Of a stretch of 64,000 nt of DNA, positions 56,476-64,000 are shown in pieces; within the stretch, counting starts at the first letter, position 1; the number at the start of each line of letters is the position of its first letter. Below the pieces are notes generated by a model. The model did not search any database. It was not told the DNA's origin and was given only the letters and a program-made list of their open reading frames with translations. This stretch comes from Octopus vulgaris. Its lineage: Eukaryota. The stretch lies in NCBI GenBank assembly GCA_951406725.2, contig OX597825.1:13392001-13456000 (forward strand), in the 5' to 3' direction. The position numbers were made by a program, and so were the translations under genes.

Positions 56476-57035
56476 CTTTTCTGCTCTAGGCACAAAGCCC
56501 GAAATTTTTTGGGGGAAGGGGGCCAGTCGATCAGATCGACCCCAGAACGCATCTGGTACTTAATTTATCGAGGTCGAAAAAATAAAAAGCAAAGTCGACC
56601 TCAGCGGAATTCGAACTCAGAACGTAAAGACAGATGAAACTGGAAGAAGCCTGGCGTATATATATTTGTGTGTGTGTGTGTGTGTTTGTCCTCCCAGCTA
56701 CCGTCACTTAACAACCGATGCTGGTGTGTTTTTGTTCCCGTACCTAGCGGTTTGGCATAAGTGACCGTTAGAATAAGTACTAGGCTTCTTCGACTGACAT
56801 CCTTTGAGGCGGTGTTCCAGCATGGCCGCAGTCAAATGACTGAAACGCATAAAAGAACACGCACGCACACACATACATACACACACGACGAGTTTCCACT
56901 AAATTCACTTACAAAGCATTTGGCTTGGCCATAGACTCTGGTAGAAGACACTTGCCAAAGTTGCCGCGCAATGGGTTGAACCCGAAACCCCATGGCTGCA
57001 AATCGTGCTTCTTAACCGCGCGGCTATGCCTGCTC
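56476..57035. mobile_element. Nest of SINE fragments: family A (- 56476-56640), family B (+ 56640-56860; - 56890-57035)
   Basis: Diagnostic motifs of each family. Confidence 0.8.
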
Positions 57036-58000
57036 CTGAAACATTAGTTTATCTAACAATAAATAAACATTTGAATATCCTGTATCTACATTTTAGTCTT
57101 TCTTCTTTTACATTATTAAAGGTTAGGCGAAATAGTTTTTTTTGCCTTTAGTAGTGCAATATGTTTCACATTTACTTGTGTCTATCGCAACAGTTTTAAT
57201 CATTATTATTATTATTATTATTATTGTTGTTAATTATATTTATTTTAGTTACTAATGTAATTGCAACGAACGGTTATCATTTGATATCGTAATATTTTCA
57301 AATCTGCTTTCTCTGGTTCCGCCTTTCGCTCTTTATCTATCTGAGCTAAGATGTTTTCTTATTGGAAACCCACCCTGTGTTGTGCACCATCTTCTAAGAG
57401 ATATTTTCCTTTTTCCCTTGAGAAGACCGACATAATAACCACTTCTTTTATTTACTTTTACGCAACAATAATAATAATATTCAGTCAACGACATGTTATT
57501 CGCTGAAGTGTAACCGTTCTAGTAGACCTAACGCGCTGTCTGGTTTAACACCACAACCACCGCTCGTATGAGCCTCATTACCGAAGTTCACTTTTACAAT
57601 TCTGCAAACATTTGAACGCCATCTTCCTTTTCCGTCATCACAACTTAGTTCCTTCCTAACACATATTCCCCGCCAACATTGACCTGCAGATGTTCAGGCT
57701 ATACATACATTGTCAGCATTAATTTTTCTAGTCCGGCAGGCCTGTACAGGTCACCGTCACTGCTCACATTAACCCTCGTACACGTCTGACTAACTCTTTA
57801 ACAAATGATATATCGCTAACATGCATGCCGAACAACGATAATCATGTATAACTTATTAACATAAAATATAATTTAGGGGCAGACGTGGCTGCGAGGTAAC
57901 GTATTTGTTTCCCAACCACATGGTTCCGGGTTCAGTCCCATTGCGGGGCAACCAGGATACATGTCTTCTATTAAATAAAAACCAGTTATTCCTCAAATCG

Positions 58001-58290
58001 GTGGAGGCACATGGCATAGTGGTTAGAGCAGCGGACTCGCGGTCGAGGGATCGCGGGTTCGAATCTCAGACCGGGTGATGTGTGTGTTTATGAGCGAAAC
58101 ACCTAAGCTCCACACGGTTCCAGCAGAAGGTAATGGCGAACTTCTGCTGACTCTTTCACCACAGTTTTCTCCCACTGCCTCTAGCAGCTCACCTGCGACA
58201 GATCGGCGTCCCGTCCAGGTAGGGGAAACTATGCGCCAAGGAAACCGGGGAAACTGGCCCTATGAGCCAGGCGTGGCTCGATAAGGAACA
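58001..58290 (+). mobile_element. Family-C SINE, tail iii, (AAAC)n end
   Basis: gtggaggcacatggcatagtggttagagcagcggactcgcgg..ggttcgaatctc; tail gatcggcgtcccgtccagg..gaaaccgggga. Confidence 0.9.
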
Positions 58291-58354
58291 AACAAACAAA
58301 CAAACAAACAAAAAATCCCTCAAATCACAACTGAGATACATTGGATTGCGTAAA

Positions 58355-58582
58355 AGGCGCTTGGGTTAGTGGTTAGGGCATTCGATAGGTCGTGAGTTCG
58401 ATTCCCAGGAGTTGTATCTGTAATTCAAAGGGCCAGTCTTTTCACATACTGAGTCACGCAGAATCTCCCTGAGAACTAATCTGACGGTAAACGTATCTGT
58501 GGAATACTCAGCACGATAATTTCACGAGCAGGCTGTTCCGTTGATCAACCGGAACCCTCGTCATCGTAACCGACGGAATGCC
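58355..58582 (+). mobile_element. Internally deleted family-D SINE
   Basis: ggcgcttgggttagtggttagggcattcg..gagttcgattccc then the tail ..cgtcatcgtaaccgacggaatgcc. Confidence 0.8.
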
Positions 58583-58691
58583 AAGAAAAGAAGATATCAG
58601 ATTACGCAATCGTAGATGTAGAAGGCCGGTGCTGAAACAGCCAGACTATCATACGCGCCTATCTACAAATACTGCTTTCAAAGATTATATT

Positions 58692-58723
<32 letters not shown>

Positions 58724-58868
58724 CACACATATAGGAAACATGCTGTCAACTAATGTGTCATAATGTTACAGTAGCGTCTGTTATAATTACGTGTTTAGTT
58801 AATGACTACTTACAGAAAGAAGTAATTAGTCGCTAACTGGTGTAATGTTATCGTTTACAAATGCAGGC

Positions 58869-58913
<45 letters not shown>

Positions 58914-58948
58914 TGCGTGTAAATTATATATGTTTATTGCTTAGAAAT

Positions 58949-58988
<40 letters not shown>

Positions 58989-59007
58989 TATATATATATA
59001 TATATAT

Positions 59008-59114
59008 CACGTGATCATGTGACCGACCTGGCTATCAGATGTTGCTATACATCGCTGGTCACGATGCGCTTCGTATTGTTTTAGCCTTCAAATTACGCCA
59101 CCCCGCTGGCTAAG

Positions 59115-59116
<2 letters not shown>
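59008..59116 (-). mobile_element. Family-C tail-ii fragment in (TA)n
   Basis: Matches 55938-56048. Confidence 0.85.
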
Positions 59117-59161
<45 letters not shown>

Positions 59162-61368
59162 CATGCGAGTCTGTGCGTGCGTGCGTGTGGTGTGGTGTGG
59201 TGTGGTGGTGGTGATGTTGGTGATGGTGGTGGTGGTGGTGGTGGTGGTGGTATGTGTGTGTGATAAGCAATACAAACTGCAGATATTCCATCGTGGCGAG
59301 AAATAGTTTCGTACGCGTTGGGACAATCTCCAGACTAAATCCTTTATTTGCAACATCTTTTACAGCATGTTATTTGCGAAAAACTGAACCATTTCCGTTT
59401 TTGCCATAATGAATAAGAGAGCTATTTTATCTTAATCGAACAATGCACCACCAGACCTACCGTAAAAATATATATACGTCAACGACAGATGAGAATAAAC
59501 GAAAGCAACAATAAAAACCAAAGAGATATGTAAAATAAAATCGATGCCTGGGTCCGCATATATGTGTGAGTTTTTGTGTCTTTTTAAGGATGATGCTAAA
59601 GATGGTATTCCAATTGTTGTAACAGACGCGCATTAAAATTACTGAATTTTCTGAAAATATTATACCCGGTTTTCAGATAGAGGAAATGGTTACGCATGTT
59701 TTTCAGGATAAGTTTTTCTCTGCTGTACAAAGATTACGTCTTTCATTTCCGTTTTTGTAAGGGATTTAATCTATCAATAATGTTACATTTGGTATTATGA
59801 TTGGCGGCTTTTTTCTTTTAATTTCCAGATGGAACCGACTAATTTTGTCATAAGTCACTTTTCACTTTTAAATGTATCTTTAAAAAGCAAAAGACGTATT
59901 ATTGTAAATTGTAACAACTTCGCTCAGTCATGCCTGTATAGCTTTTACGTAGTACTTAGTGTTTTACTGTTATAATTGATAGCGTTTGGGTTACGAGACT
60001 CTCTTTTAGTGGTTATATGTTAGTGCTTCTCTTTGGAGCATAGGGCCTCAATTTCTAGCAGCAGCATCAATTTTCTCATGAGAAGAAGATGCTAGCCCCG
60101 CACTCAGCCTTTTTTCATTTCTAGAGAAAAGAATGTTGTCGTAGATTTCAACTCAGACTGCAAGAGATAGTAAAAGATAGGCTAAGGCATTTTATCCGAC
60201 GCTGTAACAATTTTACAATTGCGCCATATTTAAAGCATATCTTGGTAGATTATGGATGGAAAATAACGATTGATTATTGACCTGTCTGGTCTGTGACCCA
60301 AAACTATTTAAGTCTAAATAATAACTATTAAAACATCATCAATATTAAAGGCAGTGAGCTTAGTGAAGGCAGGGCCGGTTCGCAAAGGATGACATTTTTA
60401 TAAGAACATCTTATGTATAAACCTGCATAGGCACGGCGGGGCCCGGAATAGGGGAATCGTTAGAGCGTCGGACAAACGGCATTTCTACCTGCTTATTATG
60501 TTCTGAGTTCAATTTAAGGTAAGGCCGACATTGACTTGCATTTCTTTTTTATTTTTTGCGATGTTGATGAAATAAACACCAGTGAAATACTGCTGGCCTT
60601 GTGCCAAAATTAAAAAGTATTATTTTTTAACGAAACAAAATAATACAAATTTTGTGGAATAGAACGGTAGAGAGTAACAAAAAAAAAAGGAAATTATACC
60701 CAAATATGTATCTGGTACAGTATGTTATCGACCCAACCACCAACCATCCCTATCAGATTTCTCAGGCTTAGGAAAATAGGTCAAATTTCTTGTATTTCAT
60801 TCTTCTAGTGTCAATAAACGAAGCACTAATCATTTGTACTAAGAAGCTGTCGATCGAATCGACTCTTACCTGCAAACGCAACGAATTTGTTTCTGGCCGC
60901 ACGCCAATACGAAAACAAAAAACTCATTATATTATGGAAGATACTTATCTCAACACATGTAAACCTGTGTTTACATGACACCCTTTACACTCAACACACA
61001 TTTCAACCAGTTGTCATTTTTATCCCGTACAGAACACTCGTCATTAAACACTTCCCTGTCATCGTTGTTCGAGACGAACACGCACGTTTGCTTGTTACAT
61101 ATAGTTACATAGTCACTTTACATAAAATGTGTCCGTGTGTGTGTACATTCGGCATTCAACGTACATTAAGAGAACCGAAAGACTTATAAAGCACGCTGCT
61201 GAACACGTGTCACCATCTGTTGCATGCATTTAATAACGCATGTTAACCTCTATCACAAAGATTTAGACATACTTCAACATATGTCGCCAAGTTAGCTACA
61301 TAGACAATACGCTAGTAAAGCAAGTGCCGTTGTTTGCTCGCCGTTGCTTTATATCATTATTATTATTA

Positions 61369-61450
<82 letters not shown>

Positions 61451-61510
61451 CATTCTTCTGCTTCTTCTTCTTATTATTATTATTATCATTCTTCTTCTTC
61501 TTTTTTTCTT

Positions 61511-61593
<83 letters not shown>

Positions 61594-61630
61594 CATCATC
61601 GTCATTATTGAGAGAGAGAGAGAGAGAGAG

Positions 61631-62175
61631 TAGTGCATGCCATCAAAGTGACACTGGGGTAAAATATATGAAGCCCAGTATACCCATCATGACTACCCGT
61701 CTGATAAGAGTACACTAGACACATGCATCACAACCATATGTGTGTGACATGGTGATCTCATATCAAGATAAACAGTGCATGACCTTGCAGGTGAGGCCCA
61801 GTTAGAATTTTCTTCAGGTCGAGTAACCCATCCCACTCAAAAGGTCCTTGAATAAGGGTTGTTTAAGGATGTTGAACGAAACATCCATGTTTCCTTAGGT
61901 GAATTATCCAAACTCCAAAGAATCCCTCTCAACACATGGCTATGATGCTCCCCCACTACTTCTCCTCGTGATCAGAGATGCACATATCGTCAGCCGCTAA
62001 GGGACATGCTCAACTGGTTAAGGTCAAACAACTGACAAGCAAATCTGTGGTATTGAGCAGAATATTTGCTGTAGCCCATCTTTTATACCAAGACAAAACA
62101 ATGTACATGATAACACTTCCAATCAGTGAAGATCAGAAGCCACGAGAGCCACTGCCTGGTACTGCATCAGGGCAT
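61631..62175. mobile_element. Unclassified ~545-bp interspersed repeat between (GA)n and (TTA)n
   Basis: Second copy of 1-512. Confidence 0.85.
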
Positions 62176-62188
62176 TATATGATTATTA

Positions 62189-62232
<44 letters not shown>

Positions 62233-62258
62233 TATTATTATTATTATTATTATTATAA

Positions 62259-62471
62259 GGCGGCAAACTGGCAGAATCGTTAGTACGCCAAGCAAAGTGC
62301 TTAGTGGCATGTCATCCGTCGCTACGCTCTTGACTTCAAATTCCGCCGAGGTCGACTTTGCCTTTCATCCTTCGGGGATGATAGATTAAGTACCAGCTGC
62401 GTACTGGGTTCGATCTAATCGACTGTCCCCTATCCCCCAAAATTTCGGGCCTTGTGCCTAGAGTAGAAAAG
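62259..62471 (+). mobile_element. Family-A SINE monomer with tail-2, inserted in (ATT)n
   Basis: ggcggcaaactggcagaatcgttag..aaaatttcgggccttgtgcctagagtagaaaag; (ATT)n on both sides. Confidence 0.9.
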
Positions 62472-62547
62472 ATTATTATTATTATTATTATTATTATGTG
62501 TGTGCGCATGCGTGTTGTCTGTCTATCTATCATCTATCTATCTATCT

Positions 62548-63113
62548 CAACCGGGAAGGCAAGGCAGTTTTCATCGTACTTGTGGCCATGGTGAAAGAAT
62601 GTGTGTGGTGGACTCGAGCGAAAGGATTAGAGACAAACACTTACCTCTCTGGCCAATCGCTCATCAACTTTTTCAAGTACCACTTGAAAAGGAAGGTGAG
62701 AATGGAGAGGCAGGTTTTGTCTCGGGAAAGTTTCAAAAAAAGGTGGGTGAATGTAGCAAAGATGGTGCGTGCGAGTCACGAAACCACTTTGAACATGCTC
62801 CTGTAAATCGTAAAAGAGACAGAGAGAGCACTTTGCTCTCATGTGTTTATTTTTCTCCCTGCCTGAGGTTACCGTGGTATTTTCTATAGGCTTTTCTTTC
62901 CACGAATGAACCTAATCTTGTTTCTTACTTTTCTAAAAAATTTATTTTTGTGATACAGGATCCCTTTTGAACGCCTTTTTTTTCGATCTCTTTTGATCGA
63001 AATTTTACATTTCTTTCTTTTTTTCCCTTTTTCTTTTTCCATCTTCGAAAAGAAAAGCTCTACATTTGTATTTGTCCCTTCTGTGTTCAACCCTGTGTGG
63101 CCAATAAAGAAAG
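62548..63113 (+). mobile_element. 5'-truncated Tx1-like (L1-clade) LINE: ORF2 C-terminus (62548-62806) + 3' UTR, inserted in (TCTA)n
   Basis: Open frame NREGKAVFIVLVAMVKECVWWTRAKGLETNTYLSGQSLINFFKYHLKRKVRMERQVLSRESFKKRWVNVAKMV..* with the K..(I/V)W..R and F...W motifs typical of Tx1/L1 ORF2 ends; the 3' UTR matches five other copies; (TCTA)n on both sides. Confidence 0.8.
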
Positions 63114-63247
63114 TTATCTATCTATCTATCTATTTATCCATCCATCTAACTATCTATCTGTTTATCTATCTATCTATATGTTTATCTATCCATCTATCTA
63201 TCTATTTATCCATCCATCCATCTATCTATTTATCCATCCATCCATCC

Positions 63248-63363
<116 letters not shown>

Positions 63364-64000
63364 TATACTGAACCCGTAACCACAAGGGTTGCAAAGCGGG
63401 CTTATCCATTCTCTTTGTATATTCACGACAACACTGTTCTTGTTTATTAACAACCGTTCTCAAGCATATCATTATCAATAAATTAATCAGGGAAAATGAA
63501 AAGCTATAAAAACGTAGATGGGGCGGGTTAGAGAGCAGAAGAACATGAAAGCTTATATATTCTAGAGGGAAAACATATACAAACATCAAGTTGATAGCTT
63601 CTTTTTTTCTTTTACGATATTATGTTCTATGAAAATACAGTTTTATTTCTTTTATAAACAGTGTGAAATATATCATAGTATATTTAATTTTAATTTATTT
63701 AGGTAGTATTTAATTCCATTAATTATACGAATTATAAACTATTTCTTGACAACATTTATGTATACGCGTTGAGTAATAAAGTAAAATAAAATATCTTCTA
63801 TATTCGGTTTATGGGAATTTATATTTCATTAAAAATTTCGTTGATGATTTGATCATAGTCATCTCGAAGTTACTGAATCGCATTTTAGCGATTTTATTCA
63901 CTAAATTTAGTATGTCCATAGGAATAAAAGGTGGTCTCTTTACAGTATAATATTTTGGTGTCTTTACGATAGAAAATGTTTGTGCGCAGACGTTAGAAAA

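Noticed and set aside
59829-59842. Strong-looking acceptor ttttcttttaatttccag
   Set aside because: Phase-1 continuation hits a TAA within five codons, with no donor before it.
60809-60958. Apparent 150-bp phase 1-1 exon (ttctag|..|gtaaac) compatible with the first exon
   Set aside because: The sequence is a heavily decayed family-A SINE (aggtcaaatttc..tttcattctt..gtcaataaa..gtcgatcgaatcgact), and the peptide has no recognisable features.

Overview
Eukaryotic, AT-rich, extremely microsatellite-dense DNA. Its tRNA-derived SINE families match what I recall from octopus (coleoid cephalopod) genomes; this taxon call is from memory, not from a search. Almost all ORFs in the supplied track are artefacts of simple repeats. 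The one credible host coding segment is a + strand first coding exon at 18556-18640 (MKCTVEFTCWILYYLTILQALLLTFAHA, a signal peptide, followed by a phase-1 CAG|GTAAAT donor). It sits behind a GA-rich tract and a CpG/GGC-rich leader. I found no convincing second exon, so the remaining ~45 kb is probably one large first intron. The rest is a mosaic of SINEs (at least four head types with swapped tails), MITEs, Helentron-like elements and decayed Tc1/mariner, RTE-like and R4/Dong-like remnants. Two non-obvious systems stand out. (1) About ten type I hammerhead-ribozyme motifs with palindromic stem III occur in several unrelated short elements near (TA)n tracts (Penelope-like terminal repeats or retrozyme-like units); one sits in the loop of a perfect 129-bp inverted repeat at 14760-15206. 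(2) A Tx1-like LINE has all of its 5'-truncated copies here at (TCTA)n/(GATA)n-type microsatellites, and its 3' terminus is shared with a very abundant, tandem-multimer-forming SINE family. This suggests a microsatellite-targeting LINE/SINE partnership. All structural calls were made by eye.
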